A stretch of DNA of 64,000 nucleotides from a virus: IMG/VR virus record IMGVR_UViG_3300045988_159436. The stretch is one strand, 5' to 3'. The notes under the pieces were generated by a model. The model was not told where the DNA came from. It saw only the letters and a list, made by a program, of their open reading frames with translations, and made no database searches. Both the position numbers and the translations under genes were made by a program. Positions 17,638 through 25,956 of the stretch are shown piece after piece. Positions within the stretch are counted from its first letter, which is position 1; the number at the start of each line of letters is the position of its first letter.

Positions 17638-19515
17638 ATGGCTTATGAAGCTTTCACTGGTGAAGAGTATATAGATACAGATTTAGTAGCGAAACTAAAT
17701 CAAAATTATGATGCTTGCGGAAAACTGGCAAGTAAAAACACATGGTCAGCAGATAATGACTTTACAGCAGGTTTGACAGTAAACAAAACTCCTACAGTAA
17801 ATACTGATGTATCGAATAAAAAATATGTAGATGATAGTATAGCTAACGGAGATGTAAATTCGGCTAAATATTTAAACATAACGAATTTTATCCCTTCAAA
17901 TAGCGATTTTAATGATTACAAAACTCCTGGAAAATATCAAGTACAAAGCTATACAGTAGCAAGCACAATGGCAAATATCCCCACTAGCTATAATGATGCA
18001 ACGCCAAGGAGCGGTGTATTAAGTGTATTGATTGGATTTAATGCCCTTAGAACAAGTTTAGTCCAGATTTATCGAACTTATGGGAGTAGTTATGTAGTTT
18101 CAAGAACGTATCAACGCTGTTTTTACCATGAAAATAGTCGTTGGACTGCATGGCGAGAAATTGCTTGTACTGATGAAGTAGGCTTATTAAATCAAGCAAA
18201 TACCTATACAGCATTAAATATTTTCAGGGCAAATATTGGCGTATCTAACGGAACTGCGGCAGGTAGCAGTGGTACTGTAAGTTTTGGTGTTTCTCCGACA
18301 GGTGAAACAGTACAAGCAAGAATTGGAACAGATAATTTAGGTGGATTATTTTATTACGCAAGCACAAATCAACCTCATGTATTTAGAGTTGGAACGAATA
18401 ATAATGTGTTTGTCATACGTGACGATAATACAAAAGTAACTTTTTCTAGCAATAATAAGTCCTTTGCAACGGTCACACATGATGGTGTTGCAAAATGGTT
18501 AGGTAATGCTAATACAGCAACAAAGTTACAAACCGCACGCACAATAAATGGAGTATCTTTTGATGGCACAGCAAACATTACAATAGCTGACTCTACAAAG
18601 CTCCCTATTGCTGGTGGAACAATGACAGGTAATTTAACACTTAAAGGCAATCCAACAGCAGATTTGATGGCGGCTACAAAAAAATATGTAGATGATAGTG
18701 TTGCAAGTGCAACAGCTGGTTTACTGAGTTCTAACAATATTTGGACTGGCAGTAATACATATAATAGGGATATTCATATAACAAATGGTTCGTCCGCTGG
18801 TTCGAGTGGTACGTTATATTTAGGTGTTAAACCTGCGAATGAAACAGTACAAGCAAGAATTGGAACAGATAATTTAGGTGGATTATTTTATTACGCAAGC
18901 ACAAATCAACCTCATGTATTTAGAGTTGGAACGAATAATAATGTGTTTGTCATACGTGACGATAATACAAAAGTAACTTTTTCTAGCAATAATAAGTCCT
19001 TTGCAACGGTCACACATGATGGTGTTGCAAAATGGTTAGGTAATTCTGCCACAGCAACAAAACTAGCAACTGCAAGGACTATCACAGCAAATCTTGCAAG
19101 TAGCACTGCTGGTAGCTTTGACGGCTCGGCAAATATAACAGTCGGAGTTACTGGTACTTTACCAATCGCAAATGGTGGAACAGGTTTAACTTCTGCTCCT
19201 TCTATGTTAGTAAACCTTGCTAGTACAACAGCCACATCTCCGTTACAGGCATCTCCACGTCCAGGTGTGACAGGGACTTTACCGATAGCAAACGGCGGCA
19301 CTGGACAGACAACAGCGGCAGGAGTAAGAAATGCTTTAGGGCTGGGAAACACGACAGGAGCAGTTCCTATAGCAAATGGAGGAACAGGTGCAACAACAGC
19401 CGCCGCCGCAAGGACTGCATTAGGATGTGCACCTGCATATACCTATAGTACAACTGATTTAACCGCTGGAAGCTCTAAATTAACCACAGGCACACTTTAT
19501 ATTGTGTATGAATAA
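17638..19515 (+). CDS. tail fibre protein with internal 205-bp duplication and PIANGGTG C-terminal repeats
   Basis: N-terminal domain paralogous to 10039; repeated (G)TLPIANGGTG motifs; RBS ggggtgagATGaATG. Confidence 0.6.
   Translation: MAYEAFTGEEYIDTDLVAKLNQNYDACGKLASKNTWSADNDFTAGLTVNKTPTVNTDVSNKKYVDDSIANGDVNSAKYLNITNFIPSNSDFNDYKTPGKYQVQSYTVASTMANIPTSYNDATPRSGVLSVLIGFNALRTSLVQIYRTYGSSYVVSRTYQRCFYHENSRWTAWREIACTDEVGLLNQANTYTALNIFRANIGVSNGTAAGSSGTVSFGVSPTGETVQARIGTDNLGGLFYYASTNQPHVFRVGTNNNVFVIRDDNTKVTFSSNNKSFATVTHDGVAKWLGNANTATKLQTARTINGVSFDGTANITIADSTKLPIAGGTMTGNLTLKGNPTADLMAATKKYVDDSVASATAGLLSSNNIWTGSNTYNRDIHITNGSSAGSSGTLYLGVKPANETVQARIGTDNLGGLFYYASTNQPHVFRVGTNNNVFVIRDDNTKVTFSSNNKSFATVTHDGVAKWLGNSATATKLATARTITANLASSTAGSFDGSANITVGVTGTLPIANGGTGLTSAPSMLVNLASTTATSPLQASPRPGVTGTLPIANGGTGQTTAAGVRNALGLGNTTGAVPIANGGTGATTAAAARTALGCAPAYTYSTTDLTAGSSKLTTGTLYIVYE
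18303..18507 (+). repeat. 205-bp perfect intragenic direct repeat, copy A
   Basis: Identical to 18840-19044 (offset 537 bp, in frame). Confidence 0.85.
18840..19044 (+). repeat. 205-bp perfect intragenic direct repeat, copy B
   Basis: Identical to 18303-18507. Confidence 0.85.
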
Positions 19516-19527
19516 AGAGGTGCGAAA

Positions 19528-20139
19528 ATGGCAAAAAGCATTTATATAGGTGTAGATGGTAAAGCAAGAAAAGCAAAGAATATATACATTGGAGTAGACG
19601 GCAAGGCAAGAAAAGTCAAAAAAATGTATATAGGAGTAAATGGCGTAGCAAGATTATGTTACACGTCCGAAGTAACAGTAACGGTCACAATCGTACAATC
19701 AGCAAATCAAACAATAACAGTAATTTGCAATGGCAATTCATATACATCAACATTCACAGCAGAAGCAGGGTCAACTTATACGGCAAGTATATCAGCAAGT
19801 ACAGGTTATAATGCAGGCACATTAAGCAGTACAAGTGGAACATTGACAGATAATATCACTATTAGTGCAACAGCCGCTACCTTGAAAACCTATACTTATA
19901 CGATTAATCAGCCTACAGGTGGAACGATTACTGTTACAGTTGATGGAGTTGCATATACATCAACCTTTACTGTTCAGCATGGCAAAACTGCAAGCAATTT
20001 GTGTACGCCGAATAGTGGATACACCTTTAAGACATTTACATTGTCAGGAAGCTATCAAACTGCAAGCGCAAATACATTAGCAATAAATGGCGATGCTGAA
20101 ATTGGAGCTGTATTAGAAAAGGAGGACGAAGATGTTTAA
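19528..20139 (+). CDS. hypothetical fibre-associated protein with 3 x IYIGVDGKARK repeats and duplicated Ig-like segments
   Basis: RBS aagaggtgcgaaaATG; 33-bp-period N-terminal repeats. Confidence 0.4.
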   Translation: MAKSIYIGVDGKARKAKNIYIGVDGKARKVKKMYIGVNGVARLCYTSEVTVTVTIVQSANQTITVICNGNSYTSTFTAEAGSTYTASISASTGYNAGTLSSTSGTLTDNITISATAATLKTYTYTINQPTGGTITVTVDGVAYTSTFTVQHGKTASNLCTPNSGYTFKTFTLSGSYQTASANTLAINGDAEIGAVLEKEDEDV

Positions 20140-20407
20140 TTGGTTGATAAAATTATTAGGCGGGAAAACAAAATCGGAATATGAAGATATGCAAAAAGAA
20201 CTAAATGAAAAATGTGCTAAATTATCAAACACATTAGACAGTTATGCGAATCTTGATTTTGTTGCAAGTGGTGAATATTCTTTTAGTGTAAAAGCAAATT
20301 CACCTTATAGTATTTTAGTTAAAAAAGGTCAAAATCTTATAATCACTGGTTATAACAAAGATGGAGAGCTTTTAGAAAAAATTGATGTAAATAAGGAGGA
20401 CGAATAA
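20132..20407 (+). CDS. hypothetical protein
   Basis: RBS aaggaggacgaagATGtttaat. The same initiation region recurs at 20393-20417. Confidence 0.4.
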   Translation: MFNWLIKLLGGKTKSEYEDMQKELNEKCAKLSNTLDSYANLDFVASGEYSFSVKANSPYSILVKKGQNLIITGYNKDGELLEKIDVNKEDE

Positions 20408-20427
20408 AATGTTTAATAAATTAATTA

Positions 20428-20436
20428 GGGGGGGGG
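20428..20436 (+). repeat. homopolymeric G9 tract
   Basis: Nine consecutive G between an ATG-initiated 12-codon leader (20409) and the 20452 ORF; a G8 variant would fuse the two. Confidence 0.8.
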
Positions 20437-20451
20437 CAGGCAGATAAAGAA

Positions 20452-20943
20452 TTGTCTGTCAGCCGTCTTCCAAAATTACAATTACACGCACTAACTGATA
20501 ATCCTATGAATATTACAGTCACAGGGAATATTACGGTTAGTGCGACACTAGAAAATAGTGGACAAATAGGTTTAACGGTCGGTCAATATACTTATGGCGG
20601 AAATCATTGGCAGTACGGTTATAGTAGCGCAGACTATGCATCAGATCAAGTATATGGCAGTCTAAGTCCTGATACGTTCTATGGAATTAAAATAACTTCA
20701 TTAATCGCAGGATTAATAGTTGATCCTAGTAGTCAGCAGCCTTTGCTACATATACTATTGATATCTTTTGCTAATAGTTTAAGTCAGAGTTCGATAAAAG
20801 TGACAATTAATAATAAGACTTATACGCTTAGTGCCCCTAATGGAAGCGCCTATTATTATGTAAATTTACCTGATAATGATACATCATTAGTGATGTGGTT
20901 ACAATCACAGGTAGGTAAGACCATAACTGTAAACCTAGAGTAG
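20452..20943 (+). CDS. ALTDNPM-box protein paralogue (start uncertain, possibly phase-variable)
   Basis: Contains LTDNPMNITVTGNITVSATLE, homologous to the 20993 and 21434 N-termini. No RBS of its own. Confidence 0.4.
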   Translation: MSVSRLPKLQLHALTDNPMNITVTGNITVSATLENSGQIGLTVGQYTYGGNHWQYGYSSADYASDQVYGSLSPDTFYGIKITSLIAGLIVDPSSQQPLLHILLISFANSLSQSSIKVTINNKTYTLSAPNGSAYYYVNLPDNDTSLVMWLQSQVGKTITVNLE

Positions 20944-20992
20944 CATTATTTTCAATATGTAATATTCCTCTGTGAGAAATCGGAGGAAAAAG

Positions 20993-21412
20993 ATGGCTTT
21001 GACAGACAATCCTATGAGTTTAGTGGTTACAGGCAATGTAACAGTTGGGGCAACATTAGAAGCAAGTGTACCGACTACTGAAACAAGATTGTTGAGTACT
21101 ATGGATGTGAATACAACGGTTACTATTACAGTGCCTGCGGGTGTAAAAGTATTAAAAGTATCAGGTGCTGTAGACCATGAACACGAAGGTGAAGTAGCTT
21201 TAGATGTATATTCAGTAAATAGCAAAAAATATTGGTTATCTGTATATAATTACGGATATGCTAGTGATATTTGGTATGTAGGAGTTACACCCAATAAAAG
21301 TTATACATTAAAGTTATCAACTGATAGCGAAACTGGCACTGAATCTGGAAGTGTAACTATTAGTTATTCACAATCAATTAACAATCAAACGCCTAAAGTA
21401 ACCGATTACTAA
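20993..21412 (+). CDS. ALTDNPM-box protein paralogue
   Basis: RBS cggaggaaaaagATG; MALTDNPMSLVVTGNVTVGATLEAS; ends KVTDY. Confidence 0.45.
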   Translation: MALTDNPMSLVVTGNVTVGATLEASVPTTETRLLSTMDVNTTVTITVPAGVKVLKVSGAVDHEHEGEVALDVYSVNSKKYWLSVYNYGYASDIWYVGVTPNKSYTLKLSTDSETGTESGSVTISYSQSINNQTPKVTDY

Positions 21413-21433
21413 ACTCAAAATCTGCCGTATATT

Positions 21434-21847
21434 ATGGCTTTAACTGATAATCCAATGTCAATTATCGTGACAGGCAATGTCACCATAGGAGCTAGCTTAG
21501 AGGCTAGTATTCCTAGTGGGGAAGTTACTTTAGCACATGGCAGTACCTTTACAGTTCCCGCAGGAATAACAGTATTAAGAGCTTCATTTAATCAATCTGG
21601 ATATTTAAGTTTGATTACGTATGTAGGTGTAACACCCAATAAATCCTATAAATTGTATTCTAATTGGACTGAATATAATTATGGAGAAGGTGAAGAATAC
21701 TTGTTGTATAATGCTAACAATAATAAATCTTGGATTGATTATACTATAGGCAATTTAGATGTTGATACTGGTTACACTGAGCTGAATTTTAAACTCGAAT
21801 GGTCGCCTACTATCAATTCACACGCAGTAGAAGTTACAGACTATTAA
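21434..21847 (+). CDS. ALTDNPM-box protein with a 27-aa constant N-terminus followed by a switchable C-terminal cassette
   Basis: MALTDNPMSIIVTGNVTIGASLEASIP, then the C-terminal part; ends VEVTDY. The 36-bp inverted repeat lies within codons 16-27. Confidence 0.45.
   Translation: MALTDNPMSIIVTGNVTIGASLEASIPSGEVTLAHGSTFTVPAGITVLRASFNQSGYLSLITYVGVTPNKSYKLYSNWTEYNYGEGEEYLLYNANNNKSWIDYTIGNLDVDTGYTELNFKLEWSPTINSHAVEVTDY
21480..21515 (+). repeat. 36-bp perfect inverted repeat, left copy (candidate inversion crossover site)
   Basis: tcaccataggagctagcttagaggctagtattccta; the exact reverse complement is at 22149-22184. Confidence 0.85.
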
Positions 21848-22148
21848 TAATCAGTAATATTAGGAGATTTCGCATTAATAGTTGGAGACCAAGATATCAA
21901 AATTCTAGCTCTATCATCCCTAGCACTTATCCAATATTTACTAGAGCTAGAATAATAGCAATAATAAAAATCATTGCTACCAACCACGACTGTTAACGTA
22001 TATGTTTTTCCACCAGTTACTCCTACATAATTAGGAGATTTTTCCCCCACATCCTGAACTTCAACAACTTTTATATTAGTGGGTATAGTCACACTCCATT
22101 TATTTGTAGAGCCCGGCGATGAATATGTAGGAGATTGTACACTTCCTG
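21844..22148 (-). other. promoterless alternative C-terminal cassette on the minus strand (ends ...NITDY)
   Basis: Minus-strand frame encodes TGSVQSPTYSSPG...SWSPTINAKSPNITDY, paralogous to the + strand C-termini, and begins exactly at the inverted repeat. No start codon or RBS of its own inside the segment. Confidence 0.45.
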
Positions 22149-22184
22149 TAGGAATACTAGCCTCTAAGCTAGCTCCTATGGTGA
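22149..22184 (-). repeat. 36-bp perfect inverted repeat, right copy
   Basis: Reverse complement of 21480-21515. Confidence 0.85.
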
Positions 22185-22298
22185 GGGGATTTAAGAAAGG
22201 AATTGTAGATGGTAAAAATACTAATAATGGTACTATTTTTCTTGTTCCCCACATTAGCGGATGCTCATGTTGTAATGGGTGGTGATAGGGGAGAAACA

Positions 22299-22796
22299 AT
22301 GAAGAATATAAAAATAGTAGAAAATTATTTTAAAAATAATTTTAATTTAACTTTACATAGAGATGTTGCTGTTATTAATGTTGGTTCAGTAAAAGAATAT
22401 GCGGATTTGTTAAAATACTTTAAAATAAATAATGCAGAAGAAATAGCTCAAAAAAGTGGAGCGGTAACATCTCGAAATTCTGTAATAGTTATAAATACTG
22501 CTGGAACAGATAAGAGTGATAGATTGTTTCTTTTAGCGCATGAAATGACACATCAATATCAGTTCCAGCAGAAGGGAAAAGCGGCTACAGAAGATATGGC
22601 AATGCTTGAAGGATTTGCTGATTTAATAGCCAATGACATAAGTGGAGCTTACATATCTATTGAAAATTATGGAATAAAGCGGGAAGATTTAAAGAGTTAT
22701 TCAGATTTCAACGAAGCACAAAAACAGTATGGAAATAAGGTATATGAACAGGCAAGATATTATGCAAGAAAAGAGAAGTTTTTAGATTATTACTAA
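22299..22796 (+). CDS. HExxH zinc-metallopeptidase-like protein (alternative start 22209 would add a signal-peptide-like N-terminus)
   Basis: LLAHEMTHQYQ plus a downstream EGFAD (gluzincin-like third ligand). RBS ggggagaaacaATG at 22299. The upstream in-frame extension MVKILIMVLFFLFPTLADA resembles a signal peptide. Confidence 0.4.
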   Translation: MKNIKIVENYFKNNFNLTLHRDVAVINVGSVKEYADLLKYFKINNAEEIAQKSGAVTSRNSVIVINTAGTDKSDRLFLLAHEMTHQYQFQQKGKAATEDMAMLEGFADLIANDISGAYISIENYGIKREDLKSYSDFNEAQKQYGNKVYEQARYYARKEKFLDYY

Positions 22797-22859
22797 GGAG
22801 CGTATAAAATGACTCATAGTGTGGGGAAAGTTGATAAAAAATAAGGAGGATGCTTTATC

Positions 22860-23075
22860 TTGAAAATTGTAGATAAGTTTTATATTCGGTGTGTTAGTTA
22901 TTTTGCACAAGAAGAGTGTGAAGAGTTGTGTTTACAGTTATTTCAATTAAGTGATGAAGTTCTTGCCTTATCAAATGAAGTAAACATAATGCTATTTGAT
23001 TGTTTTGATTTAAAGAAAGTATACTTAAATCAACGAGCATTAAATTGTTTAAGGAAAGCGGAAATTTGTCCGTAA
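22860..23075 (+). CDS. hypothetical protein
   Basis: RBS aaggaggatgctttatcTTG. Confidence 0.3.
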   Translation: MKIVDKFYIRCVSYFAQEECEELCLQLFQLSDEVLALSNEVNIMLFDCFDLKKVYLNQRALNCLRKAEICP

Positions 23076-23428
23076 GAAATGAGGTTAATATGAAGGAATA
23101 TCTATATAAGATATTTAAATTAGTTTTTAAAAATCGTTATGATAAAGATGTATTAAAACTAAAAGATGAAATTTATGAATTACGCAAAGAAAAGGTAGAA
23201 AAAGTTAGAGAATGTGAACAAGTTAGACGTGAATTAATGGGAGTTAAAAAAAGAATGTCAGCTTTAGATAATTCTAGATTAGAAGATGAAGTAAAGGTAA
23301 ATGAATTAATAGCCCATTTAAAAGAATGTGAAGAACAAATAGAAGAATTAAATGAAAAAGTAAAGAATCTTCAAAGTAAAAATAAAGGCTTAACAACACA
23401 GATAAAAAACATGAAAGAAGGAAAATAA
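23045..23428 (+). CDS. coiled-coil protein (probable true start at Met16, about 23090)
   Basis: Heptad-rich, charged sequence. Confidence 0.35.
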   Translation: MFKESGNLSVRNEVNMKEYLYKIFKLVFKNRYDKDVLKLKDEIYELRKEKVEKVRECEQVRRELMGVKKRMSALDNSRLEDEVKVNELIAHLKECEEQIEELNEKVKNLQSKNKGLTTQIKNMKEGK

Positions 23429-23531
23429 TATGGGACTCTACACAAAACTAAAGAATGCGGCAAATAATTTCATAGAGGTTATGTGTAGAGGTTTGGAACG
23501 TCTACACTATCTGTAAGAACGGAGGGGTGTA

Positions 23532-23843
23532 GTGAATAGGGATTTTGAGACAGAATTAAGAGAAGATTTAGCAGTAATAAAAACAAAGCAACAAAGCAAC
23601 TCAGAAAGTCTTGGAGTGTTCTTAGAAAAAACACAAACACAAGAAGTAGAATTAAAGACAGTAGAAAATAATATAAAGACAATTTTCAAAAGATTAGATG
23701 AAATGAGAGCAGAAGCAAAGGAAAATAAAGTAGAGCTAAATAAAGTTATAGATGATAAGTGTTCTGATATTTTTAGATTAGCAACATTTTTATCAGGAAT
23801 AATAAGTATGTTTATAAGCATACTTGCACTTATTTTAAAGTAA
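23532..23843 (+). CDS. XhlA-like lysis-associated membrane protein
   Basis: N-terminal coiled coil plus a single C-terminal TM (LATFLSGIISMFISILALILK), directly upstream of the holin and endolysin. Confidence 0.45.
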   Translation: MNRDFETELREDLAVIKTKQQSNSESLGVFLEKTQTQEVELKTVENNIKTIFKRLDEMRAEAKENKVELNKVIDDKCSDIFRLATFLSGIISMFISILALILK

Positions 23844-23855
23844 TGGGGTTTTATA

Positions 23856-24197
23856 ATGTTTGAGAAGCTAAAGAATATTATCAAATCAAAAATTCTTGTA
23901 AAGCCTAGAATTGCTGGTGGGAGTTTAAAGCTTCTCTATATAATGATTGCATTAATAATAACAACTGTTTTAGCTTATATATTTGCTTGGGCATACCAAG
24001 CGATATTTAAAGGCGTAATAGCATTACCTGATTTATTAGCCTTAACGAAAGTTTTATTCTCCCCAGAAGCAATCGCCGCTATATTCTTTTATGGGGCATC
24101 CATAATAGATAAAGACGGAGATGGAGAGAGCGACAAATTAGAAAAAGAAGCACAGAAGGAAGATAAAAAAGAAGGTGGATGTAATGTACGAAAGTAA
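23856..24197 (+). CDS. holin (2 TM, charged C-terminal tail)
   Basis: Two hydrophobic helices, a KE/D-rich C-terminus, and an overlap with the endolysin start. Confidence 0.5.
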   Translation: MFEKLKNIIKSKILVKPRIAGGSLKLLYIMIALIITTVLAYIFAWAYQAIFKGVIALPDLLALTKVLFSPEAIAAIFFYGASIIDKDGDGESDKLEKEAQKEDKKEGGCNVRK

Positions 24198-24636
24198 ACA
24201 TTGGAGCGTAACAGAATGGGATTGTTGGCGCAGAAACAGTAATGAATATGCGTGGGACAATGAAAATGGGAAGTTATGCACGAATAATGAAAAAACAGCA
24301 AATTTATTTAAAATATTAGATATGCTGAGAGATTGGAATTTTAATTGGGTAGTAAATACTACAGTTTATCACTCTGAGTATGGAACAGATTTCAAATCTG
24401 GTTATAGAACTGTAGACGATGGCGTTAATGCGGCGTGTGGTGGAGCATTAGGAAGTTATCACACGAAAGGATGTGCCGCAGATATTCATATCGCTGGTCA
24501 AGATGATACTGATACTGCTTTAGCAGACACCGTTTTAGCGGCGGCAAAAGCGTGGGGATTAGAAGACCAGTTAGGAATAGGTTATTATGGTGATTGGATT
24601 CATATAGATACCAGAGGAGTAACTTCGAGATGGTAA
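24175..24636 (+). CDS. endolysin, peptidase M15 (L-Ala-D-Glu / VanY-like zinc peptidase)
   Basis: SYHTKGCAADIHI (SxHxxGxAxD) and GDWIHIDTRG (His/Asp zinc ligands). Confidence 0.7.
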   Translation: MDVMYESKHWSVTEWDCWRRNSNEYAWDNENGKLCTNNEKTANLFKILDMLRDWNFNWVVNTTVYHSEYGTDFKSGYRTVDDGVNAACGGALGSYHTKGCAADIHIAGQDDTDTALADTVLAAAKAWGLEDQLGIGYYGDWIHIDTRGVTSRW

Positions 24637-24674
24637 TAGGAGGAACTGCAAGAATAGTCTTGTAGGAAAGAAAT

Positions 24675-24989
24675 ATGGTTAGTACAATTACAGTAGATAA
24701 TTTTAAGTGTAAATGTTGTGGGGCAACGCCTAAAGTGAGTAAACGGCTGTTGAAAATATTGAATGATATACAGACAAACGTTGGCTCTGAATTAACAATA
24801 TTATCACCTACTTGTAAAGACCAAGAATTTAAAAAGTTATTAAAAGCTTGTGTCATTTTAGTTCCTAAACTTTATACTGTTGATGATTTAGCGGACTTAG
24901 CGATACTGTATAACGCAGATGGTATAAGAAGGTTATATAAATATAAAGCAGTATATGTAGATGTTTTAGGAAATAAAATGGATTATTAA
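24675..24989 (+). CDS. hypothetical protein
   Basis: RBS ggaaagaaatATG. Confidence 0.35.
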   Translation: MVSTITVDNFKCKCCGATPKVSKRLLKILNDIQTNVGSELTILSPTCKDQEFKKLLKACVILVPKLYTVDDLADLAILYNADGIRRLYKYKAVYVDVLGNKMDY

Positions 24990-24990
24990 T

Positions 24991-25016
24991 CCCTTACTAA
25001 GTAAGGGATTTTTTTT
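24991..25016 (+). terminator. rho-independent terminator (cccttac-taa-gtaaggg + T8)
   Basis: Perfect 7-bp GC-containing stem followed by a T8 run. Confidence 0.7.
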
Positions 25017-25017
25017 A

Positions 25018-25046
25018 TTGACAAAATTAAAAAAGTATGGTATAAT
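25018..25046 (+). promoter_or_regulatory. sigma-A promoter (TTGACA-17-TGgTATAAT)
   Basis: -35 at 25018-23, -10 at 25041-46. Confidence 0.6.
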
Positions 25047-25067
25047 AGATTTAACGAGGTGATAGTA

Positions 25068-25322
25068 ATGGAAATGTTGGCATTGAAAAGTGGCGTAGAT
25101 TATCGAACGTTTAGGTTTATATTTGGAACTGACAAACTTTCTTATAAAGCTTCTCATAATCTTTGGAAAAAGCTTTCTACTGGTGTATCAAAAAAGCATT
25201 TAAACTTAGAATCAGTTGAAGGTGTACTAATTTATAATTTTGAATACTCTAATGGAAAGTATTGTTATTTTCCTGAGTTTTGGTTTGAAGAAGTTAGGTA
25301 TTCTGATATTGAATGGGAGTAA
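25068..25322 (+). CDS. small EWE-terminus family protein (5)
   Basis: RBS gaggtgatagtaATG; ends ...SDIEWE-TAA. Confidence 0.45.
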   Translation: MEMLALKSGVDYRTFRFIFGTDKLSYKASHNLWKKLSTGVSKKHLNLESVEGVLIYNFEYSNGKYCYFPEFWFEEVRYSDIEWE

Positions 25323-25325
25323 AAA

Positions 25326-25568
25326 ATGGTAAAATTAAAGGAAGGATTAAGGCATGCTGAGTGGCTTTGGTTTATGCACAATTCAATACAGTTTAGAAAT
25401 GCTTGTTATGTAGATGCTAATATATTATGGAATATGTTAAAAGATGGGGTTTCAGAAGATGCCTTAAAAATCAGAGATGATAGTACAGGTTATAAAGAAA
25501 TCTGTTATAAAGAAGTTAAATATGCCTTACCTATAAAGTGGTGTTTGCCAATTTTTGAATGGGAATAA
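25326..25568 (+). CDS. small EWE-terminus family protein (6)
   Basis: Ends ...PIFEWE-TAA, immediately followed by a promoter. Confidence 0.45.
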   Translation: MVKLKEGLRHAEWLWFMHNSIQFRNACYVDANILWNMLKDGVSEDALKIRDDSTGYKEICYKEVKYALPIKWCLPIFEWE

Positions 25569-25575
25569 AAAACAC

Positions 25576-25604
25576 TTGACAAAAGGAAAAAAGTGTGGTA
25601 TAAT
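25576..25604 (+). promoter_or_regulatory. sigma-A promoter (TTGACA-17-TGgTATAAT)
   Basis: -35 at 25576-81, -10 at 25599-604. Confidence 0.6.
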
Positions 25605-25629
25605 AGTATAAAAGATAGGAGATGGTTTA

Positions 25630-25947
25630 ATGAGTTTATTAGTGGATATGTACGAATTAAAAACAGAGGAATATATTAAGACGAGAAAACAAACAGCAGA
25701 AGTTATTGAGACTTTAAGAGCATTAAGGGATACAAATACAAATCCTTTATATCGTAAAGCAATGAATGAGGCTATTAGGGAAATTAAGCAAATTGGATTT
25801 GCAAGAAAAGGTAAAATTACAAACTGTTTGGGAAAACTTTTTGAAGAGGAATCCGCAGAATATAGACGTAAACTTAGCGATATTGAAACTGAGGACTCTA
25901 TACGTACATTAGAGTCTATTTCTTGTAGACATTTTCAGGGTTTTTGA
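25630..25947 (+). CDS. hypothetical protein
   Basis: RBS aggagatggtttaATG. Confidence 0.4.
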   Translation: MSLLVDMYELKTEEYIKTRKQTAEVIETLRALRDTNTNPLYRKAMNEAIREIKQIGFARKGKITNCLGKLFEEESAEYRRKLSDIETEDSIRTLESISCRHFQGF

Positions 25948-25956
25948 TTAATAAAA

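Noticed and set aside
18375-19352. Two minus-strand ORFs (18375-18737, 18912-19352) with identical C-termini
   Set aside because: Their similarity is simply the reverse-complement image of the 205-bp direct repeat in the + strand fibre gene. They are not independent genes.
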